Positions 26,868-38,884 are shown, counted from the stretch's first letter. The stretch: 64,000 nucleotides of DNA from Eledone cirrhosa (GCA_964016885.1 OZ024741.1:110608001-110672000), one strand, 5' to 3'. A program made the numbers and translations. Notes: a model not told the origin generated them from the sequence alone.

Positions 26868-26985
26868 AATGGCTTCACTTGTAGTTCTAAACAATTTAAT
26901 TTAATTTTATAATATAATTTTAAATTGTAAAATTATAATATTATAAAATTAAATTAAATTGTTTAGAACTACAAGTGAAGTCATT
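26868..26985. repeat. AT-rich ~118-bp palindrome
   Basis: cttcacttgtagttctaaacaatttaatttaattttataatat pairs with atattataaaattaaattaaattgtttagaactacaagtgaag. Confidence 0.9.
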
Positions 26986-27047
26986 CTTTTCCTTTTATAT
27001 ATATATATTTATAATAATAATAATGATAATAATAATAATAATAAAAG

Positions 27048-27162
27048 GACGATTTGTTATGTCTTCATTATGTTTATTGAGTAGTGATGCTCGTTATGCT
27101 ATTGATCAGCTCAAGGTTCAATCTGTCAATACAGCTCGTTGGACCTATGCTGTGAAGCTACA
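27048..27162 (+). CDS. Candidate coding exon (RFVMSSLCLLSSDARYAIDQLKVQSVNTARWTYAVKL)
   Basis: Open frame with T/A-ending codon bias, aag| acceptor after an AAT microsatellite and |gtaact donor. Phase-2 exit fits the exon at 28212. Confidence 0.5.
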
Positions 27163-27280
27163 GTAACTGCACATTACACTCCCTATATATATATAAAAGG
27201 TAAACAGAAATAACAGCACAAACAGTGCAGTATATGGAAGGAATATATTAGTTTAATGCTTCAAATAGCAGGAAGAGTGT

Positions 27281-27314
27281 CTTAAAGTTTCGGACTCTAG
27301 TCCTTCATCATAAT
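27281..27314 (-). ncRNA. Degenerate minimal hammerhead-ribozyme motif (Penelope type)
   Basis: Minus strand aTGATGA-AGGAC-taga-GTCC-GAAAC-tttaag; C3 is mutated and the cleavage-site region differs from the 55975 copy. Confidence 0.5.
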
Positions 27315-27417
27315 GAGAAATTAGAAAAATTGAGAGTACTGGCAGGGCAGAGTCAGAAAAAATTTGTTTTAGAGAAAAGTAACAAGTCAAATCATGTTGC
27401 CATCTCTAAATACACAC

Positions 27418-27459
<42 letters not shown>

Positions 27460-27570
27460 CAAACTTGAAGAAATAAATTATGGGGTCAATATGATCAACT
27501 AAACAAAGGTGGTAGTGCCCCACATGGCCGCAGTCTAATGACTGAAACCAGTAAAAGAATAAAATAAGTG
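27460..27570 (+). mobile_element. SINE 3' fragment; opposite-orientation copy at 55195-55360
   Basis: catggccgcagtctaatgactgaaac versus gtttcagtcattagaccgtggccatg. Confidence 0.55.
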
Positions 27571-27997
27571 TGTATATATATATATATATGTAGTATGTAC
27601 ATACACACACACACACACACACATATATATATTTATAAGACAATGAAGAGAGAGAGGAAGAGCATCAGAACAACCTCTACAGTGTCTGTCTGTTATGTGT
27701 TACCTTTCTTGGATGGGATGCCACTGTAGTGTTTAGATTTTCTCTCTCTTTTTTCTCCCCCCCCCCCTCCCAGAATACTTTCATAGCTCCATCATCATTG
27801 TCATTGCCGCCAACATCAAGATCATCACTATCACTATCATCACCACCATCATCATCACCATTATAACTATCATCATCAGAAGCAGCAGTAGCTAGGGTAG
27901 ATTGTGGATGATTTGGATGATGTTGGCAGGTGTGGGGGAAGCATCACTACATACCTGCTAAATCTGTGCAATTGACTGTGTGAACTTCGTGTGTGTG

Positions 27998-28060
<63 letters not shown>

Positions 28061-28211
28061 ATATAAATTCTTCTTACCTGCCTCTCACTCTCCTATTTTT
28101 TCTCTCACCTCATTTTGTTTCTCTACCTCTTGTCTTTACCTATCTACCTAGCTACATTCTCCCCCTCCTCTCTCTCTCTCTCTCTCCCCATACATCCTGC
28201 CTTCCTTTCAG

Positions 28212-28257
28212 ATGTGAGGTATCAACCAATATCTCAGTTTGTTGGTGGCTGCCATAG
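28212..28257 (+). CDS. Candidate terminal coding exon ((Q)CEVSTNISVCWWLP*)
   Basis: Strong acceptor cctgccttcctttcag|. Phase 2 continues the 27048 exon, and AT-rich UTR-like sequence follows. Confidence 0.45.
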
Positions 28258-29971
28258 TATCTAGACGTGCAGCCAGAAGGATCTAGGAGGAACTCTGATC
28301 TACCACCACCACCACGACAACAACAACAGCCACCACCATACCATGTGTCCACCTCTTCCTTGCTTCTCTTATAATGATACAACAAACAAATGTACTTTTA
28401 ATGCTTTAAAAAAATAAGAAAAAAAAACGAAAAATATATGCAGAGAGAAAAGAAGCTAATATACCCCAATACATACACATAAAAATATATATTATCTTTA
28501 TTATAATATATCATATGATATTTGTGTTATATACTATATATTATTTTATATTCATTATATATATATATTTCTGTTTACTAGTCACTGGAATTTTTCAAAT
28601 ATTTTTTCAATCTGGTTTGTGAGTGACTTCAGGTGTATTTGTGGAATAATCTTTTATTACAAGTTTTATTATTATTTATTATTAATGTTGTTATTATTAT
28701 TATGTATTTACAACACCACCAACAACAATAATAACATGGAACTGTGTCAGATTTTCTGTGGGGAACTCCCAGAACCATAAATTCAATATATTAACTTTAT
28801 ATATCACTATATATACATATATATATATATGCACACACATATTTATATACTTGGTCATTCCATCCTGTCCCCTCTATATATATTTATCACACTTAAGCAC
28901 ACAGTTTAGTCCTTATTCTGATCTTTCGATTTTACCCTTTTATTAAAAAATATATATTCAGTATCTGAATCTTTGTTAAATATAAGGCCTCAACTGTGAA
29001 TGTAGAGGGATATATTTATCTATTTGATAATATTTCGGTATTTATTTCATCTTTATATTGAATTTGCATTCTCCTTGTTCATCAACTACCTCTTAATTAG
29101 CAAGAAATTTAACCTCATTTGGCACTGGTTATAATCAAGTAATTATATTTTGTCAGATTTTTGACACTTTGTTTTGTCACCATTGCTTCTCATCACATCT
29201 CCTCCATCACACTTGATCCTTTGCTAGCTGACTATTTACACTTTCTGTATAAACTTAGTATTCTTTACCATCAAGGAATACAACTACAAACACACTAACC
29301 GGGCAACCAAATAGGTGAGAATTACTTACAAATGACTTAAGCTCTGTGAATATATTTCTCAGTACTTCAATTCCACCAACAGAATTTTTGTATTCTTTCT
29401 TCTAGCTTACCACTTATCAATATTCCTTTCTTCTTTTGGTTTTTCAAAGAAACCAACCAAAAAACTATCTTTCTCTTCACTCTGAACTAAAACTATTACT
29501 TTTCTTTATATTTTTCTCATTTCTTTCTCACTTTCTATGCTGTAAGTTAATACCTGACAAACTCAGTAATAGCTTCAAATTCTCAGAAAATAGTACTTCT
29601 AGGTTGTCAAGTGTGCCAGTGGGGGTTTATAATTGAAAGGAAATAGAGTATATGTTTGTGTGTGTGTCTTATATATATTCTGTGGTAAATGAGAAGAAAA
29701 CAAAGATTAAAGCTGGGAATGCATTGTATATAATCAAGGTTTGAGGAAACTAATCTGGAACTCCTGTACCTTGTGTTGGAGAGACTATAAACATTAGTGA
29801 TACGCAGGCTTGAACCTGTGTATCTTGTGTTGGAAAAAACCTTTACATTGAAGAACATTCCAGATTTTTACTGAAATCTGTATCAATTCATTTGTACAGT
29901 CTCACCGGACATTATTGAAGTCACTACATCTTCACTTTATTTTACCTCATCATCTACTTCCCCTGAGAGGT

Positions 29972-30128
29972 TACACAGCTCCTAGAGGTTACATACAGCA
30001 CCCTCTAGTAGGGAACACAGCACCCTCTAGTGGTGAACACAGCTCCTTCTAGTGGTGAACACAGCTCCTTCTAGTGGTGAACACAGCTCCTTCTAGTGGT
30101 GGACACAGCATTCTCTAGAGGTGACACA
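29972..30128. repeat. 22-bp minisatellite, ~6-7 copies, CTCF-motif-like
   Basis: Units acacagc(a/t)cc(c/t)tctagtggtga. Confidence 0.85.
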
Positions 30129-30386
30129 CAAAACCCCTAAAATTAAAAGTAGTGGATAACAAATTACATTTCCAAACGGAAAAAGGAAATCCCCAGAAAA
30201 ATAAAGAACAAATTGGAAGTGGGTTTTAATATATGTTGTAAGAGGAAGTTCCAATGTGGAATTGGCAATGTCACCCCAAGTACTTCTCAGTGTACATCAG
30301 TGGTCTGGTTGTAGATAATAATTTGATCAGGCTCTACCTGGCTTGCTTTCTGCACTCTTTAGCATCAGTGATCTCCAACCAGCAAC

Positions 30387-30560
30387 ATGCTGAAGATAAT
30401 ACTGAGCACGGACAAACCATCAAGGAAAATCCGTCTCCTCCGTAACTGGGGCCGAGACAAGCTGCCTTTTCGTCGGTCAGAAACGACAACTACTGTGATA
30501 GAACAATGTACCACTATTGGTACCCTCTGTACCACAACCATCAGCACCATCTATACCACG
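30387..30560 (+). CDS. Candidate first coding exon of unidentified gene B (MLKIILSTDKPSRKIRLLRNW...TIYTT); exon starts at 30363
   Basis: Acceptor ttctgcactctttag| at 30362, in-frame upstream TGA, aacATG at 30387, 58 codons, phase-0 donor acg|gtagga; GC-richer than the flanks. Confidence 0.55.
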
Positions 30561-30682
30561 GTAGGATGTTTTTATTGTTGTTTTGTTGTGTGCTTTTTTA
30601 ATCTATTTCACATCATTTCACAACTGACAAACTCTGTTCTTTACCTCTACTTTTCACAAAATCAGCCACGGAGCATCTATAT

Positions 30683-31115
30683 CAGGGGTCTTAAACTCAA
30701 GGACCCAAAAGGCCCATTATATCCTTGGGATGAGGCACAGCAGGTCAAAAGTGAGAGTGTAGATGTGATTGCCACCAGTTATAATGTTAACCTGCAATGC
30801 AGTTGATATGCTGCTATTTATTTTATTTTTTTCATCAAAATGAATAACCATATTGAGGGATATGTGAATTATTACAAAATATAAGGGGACAAATTTTCCT
30901 TAATTCCATTTTTACTTTTGGTAAATTCCTTTTTTTCTGTTTTCACTTTCCATTTTATTGTATTTCATAGGTAAATTGCAAATGTATGTAAGGAGCGAGG
31001 GACAAATTACTGAATTTTAGGAAAATATTTATCACAAAAAGTGTTCTGCCATGGGCCATGGAAAAGTAATTTGCAGATTGCTTGTGGCCCGCAGACTCCA
31101 TGTTTGAGACCCCTG
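30683..31115. mobile_element. hAT-type MITE
   Basis: TIRs CAGGGGTCTTAAAC / GTTTGAGACCCCTG; 8-bp flanks atctatat / gtttatat form an imperfect TSD. Confidence 0.8.
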
Positions 31116-31511
31116 GTTTATATTGTTACTCAACCTGCTAAAATCTTGAACCTCATGCTACTGTTGTTGTTTTTTAAAAGACAGGATGATCACTATTGGA
31201 ACACCTTTGATCACAGGTCTGCTGAATTTGGACTGATCTATTTGTCCAGCCTATAATGTGGGAACTTCCATGTAGTCATTTGATCTATTAGAAATAACAA
31301 AACTTGCTTCAAAGCACACTCAGCCATGTTAAAAACAGCTGAGGTTGCATTGGACAGTGTAAGCCCTTCATCATGATTATCATTACTGTTTAACATTTAT
31401 TTTCCATGCTTGCCAATTGTCTAATTCTGAGGCTAGACAAGTCAGGCGAGCATGTCTTGCTCGTTTCTATGGCTGAATCCGCTAGTAGAAAAAAAGAAAG
31501 ACAAGCTGTTT

Positions 31512-31628
31512 ATGGTTGGAGCATCTTTGATTAGAGGGTTATCATGGTTGGAGCATCTTTGATTAGAGGGTTATCATGGTTGGAGCATCTTTGATTAGAG
31601 GGTTATCATGGTTGGAGCATCCTTGACT
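31512..31628. repeat. 32-bp tandem repeat, ~3.5 copies
   Basis: atggttggagcatctttgattagagggttatc. Confidence 0.9.
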
Positions 31629-31809
31629 ACCAGTTTGTTGCATCAAGGCTGACCTGGAGCTAAACCACAACAATAACACATGCACAGCTGAAATATGTTG
31701 TGAAATTGAACCTGTAATGTCTGGTTTATAATTTGCTTTGTTTTTATTCCCTTTGGAAATTTATTTATATTTGTTATGTTTTTTTGTATGACATGACAAC
31801 CTCCCTAGT

Positions 31810-32110
31810 GTTGATCTACACAATAAACACACCAAGTTCACTCTGTAAAGTGGTTGGTGGTAGGAAGGGCATCCAGCCATAGAAAGGGTTAGGAGGATCC
31901 TTCAGTTGTGTCAAGAACAGGAAAACTTCTCTCTAGTGCTGATGCCATGATAAAATTTCACTTGGTAGAATGTGGGACCATATGTAATTAAAATGCAGAT
32001 CCGCAACCTGTCTGAGAGGTCAGTAGCCCCACTTCAGTCATGACTCGGTCTGTGAAAACCCATTTAACCCTTACTAGCAGTGAAAATGGATGTTAAATGA
32101 TGATGATGAT
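31810..32110 (+). mobile_element. RTE-tail-sharing repeat; related copy at 55510-55785
   Basis: ctctgtaaagtggttgg..taggaagggcatccagcc...ggatccttcagttg...aaatggatgttaaatgatgatgatg. Confidence 0.65.
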
Positions 32111-32390
32111 TGTTGTTTGTGATGAAGTTATTCAATTATTGATGTGAATAATGAGATTCTGTTCGGTTACCTTGGTGGATACTTTAGGGGCTCTCTAACA
32201 AGATTTTATATGATGTGATGAGGTACCTCTGAAGTTAGGGGTTATCATTGTAGATAACTTATATAGTCCCTAACAGGACCTTTATATGAAGATACCACTG
32301 TAAATAGTCACTTGCTAACAGGACCTTTACATAATATGGTATCGAGGGATTACCTCAGTTGTTACCTATTTAGATACCTCAGTCTGTCCC

Positions 32391-32652
32391 TAACTATTTT
32401 TATGCCAAACCACCCGAAACTGACCCTTGTTCTATGATACAAAACTGATGAAGGGGGTAAAGTGTTTATATTTATCTAAAAACCTCCCACCATAAGTTTA
32501 TGTAAGAACCTTTAAGTTATTTTCCAAACACCTGCTTAATAATGAGAAATTTAGTTATATTACTAAATTCCCTCCCAAAATTCTTGATTATTTTCGGAAT
32601 TATTTGAAAATCATAGACAGTGTCTTTCATTAGAAATATGGTTATGAAAGGG
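32391..32652. mobile_element. piggyBac-type MITE with degraded left end
   Basis: Ends gaaaGGG|TTAA; body similar to 49618-49916. Confidence 0.6.
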
Positions 32653-33551
32653 TTAACTGAACTTTTGCATGATGTGATTTAAGGAGTTACCTCTGTAGAT
32701 AGTGGGTCCCAAACAGGGCACCTACTTCACATAAACCTCACTTTACAAAGCTTGTGCTGTTGAGATTTAATCCCAAGTCAGCTCTGATCCAGCTAACATA
32801 GGATCAAAGAGATTCCATCTATGACCATCTAGTATGTCTTCCAGATATACTGTATCTAAGATCACATTAGCAGGACCAGTTAGTTGGAGGTTTTGCTGCA
32901 TCTCATAGGAATTTTCTTGGGTATTTTAATGATATGGGCTCCTGTCCTATCATGTCTCTATGATAGAACTGGAATCAGTATATGTACCTGCTCTTCCATA
33001 CTGGTAAGGGTTAGATGAAAGTTTATTTTGAATTTATTTTAGATGTCCTTGATGCCAGCTCTTGTCTTCAAGTATGGCTGAATGCATTTCCCAACTTATA
33101 GGGTGTACTAGATGATTTTGTTTTATGTGGAACCACCACCACAATCACTTTACAGAGTGAGGTAGAGAGATTTTATAGGTGGCACCAACATTATAGAGAT
33201 TGTCACATACTTGTCCAGCCTGAAGAGTCCTCCCAAATTCCTATATTGTCTCTGTTTGATTGCCAACACTGTAGCCTTGTGTCGGTCCCTATGTTTACTC
33301 TTAGTTTACTCTGGAGTTTCACCTTTGTACTCACCGGATCATCAGACATATGTGTATCTGACTAGAATTGTTTCATTTGTATGAAACTTTAGGAATGCCC
33401 TGATGATTTCATACAAATGAAATAGTTCTAGTCCTGTAGAAGTCATTCTTATATAAAATGTGTGCTTCTTCTCTACCAATGTATTGAGTACCTTATTTAA
33501 CTCTTGTTTATTTCCAATCCCCTTCAGAATAACCATCCTTAATTACGTGCG

Positions 33552-33582
<31 letters not shown>

Positions 33583-33815
33583 TTATTTATTTATTTTTAT
33601 TTTTTTTTCATATGTTCACGAGTGAATAACAATATTATAATAATATTATAATATTCCCATGTAATAATATCATAATATCTACTATGTTAAGAGCGAAAAC
33701 AAATTTTGTTTTTAATTTATATGTATATATATAACGGAGGAGTTGTGGTAAGGAACCAGATGGACCATAACGCACCAGAGTACTCAATACTTAGGGTAGT
33801 AGAGTGGGTAATAGG

Positions 33816-33925
33816 AGAAAGTATGACCCCCGACGGCAGAGCTCAAGATGTTTCGACGGCTATTTCTGGACTAGTCCAGAAATAGCCATCGAAACGGCTT
33901 GAGCTCTGCCGTCAGGGTCATACTT

Positions 33926-33928
<3 letters not shown>
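33816..33928. repeat. Spacer-less ~113-bp palindrome centred on ACTAGT
   Basis: agaaagtatgacccc.gacggcagagctcaag...ggctatttctggACTAGTccagaaatagcc...cttgagctctgccgtcagggtcatactttct. Confidence 0.92.
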
Positions 33929-33974
<46 letters not shown>

Positions 33975-33978
<4 letters not shown>

Positions 33979-34665
33979 GCTGTATAAAAAAGTGCAGGGC
34001 GATAAAAATAGACGGTAGCCACGGAGTAGGCAAACCCAGAAAAACCTGGGACGACTTGATAAATTCCGACCTCACACACTTACACCTCTCCAAGACAATG
34101 TCACTGGACCGAGATCTTTGGCACTACACAGTTATACAGAAGACCCGCCTTGCCTAAGTACAAAGCAAAACCTACAGTCAGTAGGCACCTCTAACAAAAT
34201 ACACCCCAGTCCCACTACCCCCACCCCATCCACACCACCCCCTTAAATGTGAAGTTATGTTGGTACCACAACATCCAGTCCGAAACAAATGAGGTCGTGT
34301 AGGTGTCACGACAAAAAAACACAGTCCACGCTGTAATGTGGCCGTGTAGGTAACACGGTAAAAACCTCCCAGTCCACACTGTAAACGTGGTTGGTGTTGG
34401 GAAGGGCACCCAGCCGTAGAAAACCCGCCAGACGTGTAGGTGTCACGACAAAAAAACACACAGTCCACGCTGTAATGTGGCCATGTAGGTAACACGGTAA
34501 AAACCTCCCAGTCCACACTGTAAACGTGGTTGGTGTTAGGAAGGGCATCCAGCCGTAGAAAACCCACCAGACAGTCCTATATGAGCAGGACAACCAATCT
34601 TGCCATGCAAGCGTGGAAGATGGAGGTTAAACGATGATGATGGTGATGATGATGATGATGATGAT
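33975..34665 (+). mobile_element. 5'-truncated copy of the RTE family, internal ~138-bp duplication, (GAT)n tail
   Basis: Near-identical to 1352-1764 and continues to the tail; TA runs on both sides. Confidence 0.92.
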
Positions 34666-34680
34666 ATATATATATATATA

Positions 34681-34800
34681 ATTGTTTCTACTTTAGGCAC
34701 AAGGCCAGCAATTACCCAGTACATTACTGGTACTTTATTTTATCGACCCCGTAAGGATGAAAGGCAAAGTTAACCTCAACGGGATTTGAACTCTGACCGT
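34681..34800 (-). mobile_element. tRNA-derived SINE, partial
   Basis: tttatcgaccccgtaaggatgaaaggcaaagttaacctc...gatttgaactc. Confidence 0.75.
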
Positions 34801-35677
34801 ATCCACTGAGAAGTGTAGACAACAGTAATATCACTCCATACATCCATCTAAAGTTGATGTCTGGATGTGGTGTTTTATAACATTGCTCCCAGTAAATAGT
34901 TTAAAATGTGACCTTCTCTCTAGACACATTACATATCTTCTGTCATTAAGTGTTCCCTTTCCTGTTTTCTGTAAAGGTCACAGGAATATAAAATTAGAGA
35001 AATTCTCCTTGACATTATTGTTCAATTGGCTTATATCTCTAAGATGAAGATGCTGATAGCTGATTGATGCCTCTGTTTTGGGATCTGTTAGAAAACTTAG
35101 TAAGTTAATAACTCACTTGTTGGTTCTAAGGTCACAACCTCTTGCAGGATAAATACAGCAGATTTAGTAAGGATCTGTATTACATTTTCTTGCTTCACTT
35201 GTCCCTATATCTTTTCTCCTTTAAAGTCACCATTGTCAAAGATCTACCAACTATAAACAAGATCTTTCAGTACATGGAGGCTACAAAAAGATTCAACAAC
35301 AGAAACATTACCAGTCTGAGAGAGAGGACAACTTGAAACTAATCATTAAAAACTAGCAAGATTGTAAGGACAATATATTGGCAAAAATCTATCAAGCATA
35401 AACAAGATCTTTCAGTAGAAGAAATTACAAAAAGATTCAAGAGATTTTTAACTGATTTATAACTATCCTGTTTTTCACTTTCTTCAAATCTTATTTATGC
35501 TTTTTTTTTTTTGCCCTTCCCTTTCTTATCTTTCTATCTATCTTGTTTTTGTTTCTTAACTGTAATGGGTAATAGATACCTCTCCTAGTCTGTCATGGCT
35601 TACTAGCTCTATATGGACATTTAAATTGATGAAATAAATATAGAAATAAATAAATCATTATCATTATTTTATGTCCA

Positions 35678-35850
35678 GTATCGGTAGAGGGTTGGACGCC
35701 ATGCTTTCTAGCATAGTTACGTCCCTTTACGGTCCGAGTTCAAATCCCGTCAAGGTTAACTTTGTCTTTCATCCTTACGGGGTCGATAAAATAAAGTACC
35801 AGTAATGTACTGATTAATTGCTGGCCTTGTGCCAAAAGTAGAAACAATTA
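35678..35850 (+). mobile_element. tRNA-derived SINE
   Basis: gagttcaaatccc B-box, tttcatccttacggggtcgataaaataaagtaccag, ggccttgtgcc tail. Confidence 0.8.
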
Positions 35851-36179
35851 TTTTATGTCCAGTTTTCCATGCTTGCATAGGTTGGATGGGTCCTTTTCAG
35901 CACATCCTGCCTTAACTCATCATGTTCTTTTGTCATCTTTTCTTTTCACCATTTTGAGATTGACTCTACCTCTGCTCAGGTTTTCCCCAGTCTTCCTGTA
36001 CTACAGCTTCTTTACACTGGTCTCTCCTGGTACTTCTTCACTTGATGATCATCATCTAGATGCATCACATATCTGTACCAGGGCAGTTTTCTCTTTTGCA
36101 CCCAACACTGAATCATCTTCTCTTTTTTTTTGGGGGGGGGGGGGGGATGCTACCTACATTATGTCTGCTAGTCAGCATA

Positions 36180-37295
36180 TGAGGTGCACTCAAGAGGTTT
36201 TGAGACTTTTACCAGAGAGACATTTATTTATCTTAGATCAACACGAAACTCTAGTCTCCCACAAAGTAAGATCCCCCAACTTCAATGCAGTTGTGGAAGC
36301 ACCCCAGCTACATATTGAAAGCCCTCTTGTGAAGGTCTCCAGGGTGTTTATCACAGCCTCCATCATCTCCTCCACATTCTCAAATCAGATACCTCTGAGC
36401 TTCTCCTTCAGCTTCAGGAGCATCCAGAAGTCGCATGGTGCTAAGTCTGGACTGTAGGTAGGATGAGGGACAGTCTTGATCCCCATATCAGCCAAGTAGT
36501 TGGTCACTAGGATGGATTTGTGGCAGGAGGCATTGTCCTGGTGCAGGTGCCACTGACCAGACTTGAAGAGTTCTGGTCTCTTGTGATGAAATCTCTTTCT
36601 GAACTGCCTCAATACCGCTACATAGTACTCTTTGTTGACTGCCAGGCAGTGGGGGACACAGTGGGTGTAGTTGATGCTTTTGCTGTCAAAGAATGGGATC
36701 ATCATGAGCTTCCCAGTAGACCTGCAGTGCCTGGCCTTCTTGGGTCTTGGGGAGTCAGAATGTTTCCACTGGTCACTCTGTCTCTTCGTCTCTGGATCAT
36801 AACAGTAGACCCAGCTCTTGTTACAGATTACGAGAGACTCAATGACACTAGTATTCAAAACAATCCACTTGACCATCTCCCTGCTGTCATCAACACACTC
36901 CTGCTTTTAATCTTCATTGAGCACCCTGGGTACAAACTTTGCGCATATTCAGATCATTGTTTATGATTCTGTGCACAGTGCCCTCAGTCACTTTAAATTA
37001 TTTAGCAATTGTCAGAAGAGATGCATGACAGTTCTCATCTAGAAATTTGTGAATTTTGTTGATCAAATTTGAAGTCCTGATGTCCCTCTTCCCGTGGAAC
37101 CAGTCAGCTGTGACAAGACATGTGTAACAGATAGTGTTTAAAGTGCTGTAGCAGATCGAACCTTCAGCCTGTAAAAAAAAGATTTGGTATGTTAGCTTAT
37201 TATAAACATATCAAGGATGCATTAGAGTGAAAGTTACATAGGTCAATTAAAAGTGCCTGAAAAGAAAAAGTCTCAAAACTTCTTGAGGGTACCTC
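36180..37295 (-). mobile_element. Tc1/mariner transposon relic with TIRs
   Basis: ORF 36385-36876 reads WVYCYDPETKRQS..W, HQDNASCH, HPTYSPDLAPCDFW. TIRs gaggtgcactcaagaggttttgagactttt / aaaagtctcaaaacttcttgagggtacctc are flanked by TA. The N-terminus is broken. Confidence 0.93.
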
Positions 37296-37329
37296 TATAT
37301 GTGATGAACAGTTCTATATATGCGTGTGT

Positions 37330-37830
37330 AGGTATACTCTTTTACTTGTTCCAGCCAACATGTTTTCCATACACAGAGCTTCATTAGCAAACCATTTGTT
37401 AAAATGCTTTACCAGCGACTACTGCATGGAGGTGAGGTTGGCTCAGACTGCCTGGTTACTCATATTTCTGTTTTTTTTCTCTCAGCTCATGTACACTAGC
37501 ATTACACATCCAACAGAGCATACTCACTTCATTACTCTCCAGCCTCCATATCCTCTGCATTTACTGCCCACACCTCACTGCCATGTAATGTTGCACTGCT
37601 CATTTAAGCATCATACAATCAACCCTTTTGCTCTGAGAGAAAATTCCTTTGTTGCCAAAAAACATAGTAGCTCCTTGAACTTTTTCTAACCTGTGCTTAT
37701 GCTAGCTATTATGCTTCTAGAGCAATTTCCTTCAGTGCTAAGTAGGTCACCTAAGTAACAGAAACTATCAACTACTGTGCTTTCAGAGCAATCTCCTCTG
37801 CTGCTAATTAGGTCACCTAGGTAACAAACT
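37330..37830 (-). mobile_element. Old RTE-family RT fragment
   Basis: Minus strand VVDSFCYLGDLLS and LHGSEVWAV match the motifs of the 314-1534 RT. Confidence 0.65.
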
Positions 37831-37854
37831 ATATGGTTAGGATTTCACTAATAC

Positions 37855-38235
37855 TACCATAAAATATACATAATTAGAACCTCACTAATGCTATCATAGA
37901 ATATACATAGCTAGGGCCTCACTGGTATTGTCATAGAATATACATTGTTAAGGCCAAACTGATAATGCCATACAATGTACAAGGTTAGGGCCTTACTGAT
38001 ACTCTGTAGGATATACATAGACCTGACTGGTACTACCATAGAATATGCATTGAGCGTCAGTGATACTGCCATAGAATATATATAGTTAGGCCCTCACTGA
38101 CACTGCCATAGAATATATATATAGTTAGAGCCTGACTGGTACTGCTACAGAATATAGAATATACTTATTTAGGGCCTCACTGATACTGCCATAGAATATA
38201 CATAGTTAGGGCCTCACTGACACTGCCATAGAACT
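37855..38235. repeat. ~37-bp minisatellite, ~10 diverged copies
   Basis: agggcctcactgatactgccatagaatatacatagtt. Confidence 0.85.
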
Positions 38236-38842
38236 TATCCTCCTCCCAAGGAGATTACCAAGCTTATGCACTGATTCTTTTAATTGTCTTATCTTCCTAT
38301 GCTGTTTACTTTTCAGTATGCCTAGCATAGCTAAGAACACCATATGGGAACAATTAACTCTTATTGTTTTGTAACATATGAATCTGCAGTAGCAAGACAT
38401 TCTTGGAAAAGTACAAAACAGCCCCATGATTGTATAACACTAAAAAATATAGACTTTAATACTGTAAATTTTCCCAATGATTGTCCTAGTAGAGATACTA
38501 AAATATTTGAACTAACAATCATGTTTTTAGATATTTTCTGCTAAATTATTACAGGATGTTATGTAAACTATAGAGTAATATAGAAACTGCATAATATGAC
38601 AGCTGTAGCCTGATGACATCCATTATCCCGGTACCACTAATTAGAGCAGGTTGGTTGTAATTTTATTGAGAGGGCTGGAGTAATGGTTTTGAAGGGCTTG
38701 TTTGAATTTAATTTATGGCTAGTGTAGTATGGTGGTTAGAGTTGATTGTAAGATTATGATTTGCATTTGCTTGAGTTTGTAGATAGCCTGGTTTGGTTTA
38801 GATTTGTTTATGTTCTAGTTAAGGCATGTAAGTTCTTAGTAA

Positions 38843-38884
<42 letters not shown>

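Noticed and set aside
35855-36966. 200-aa and 148-aa + strand ORFs
   Set aside because: Largely antisense shadows of the mariner transposase and adjacent repeats.
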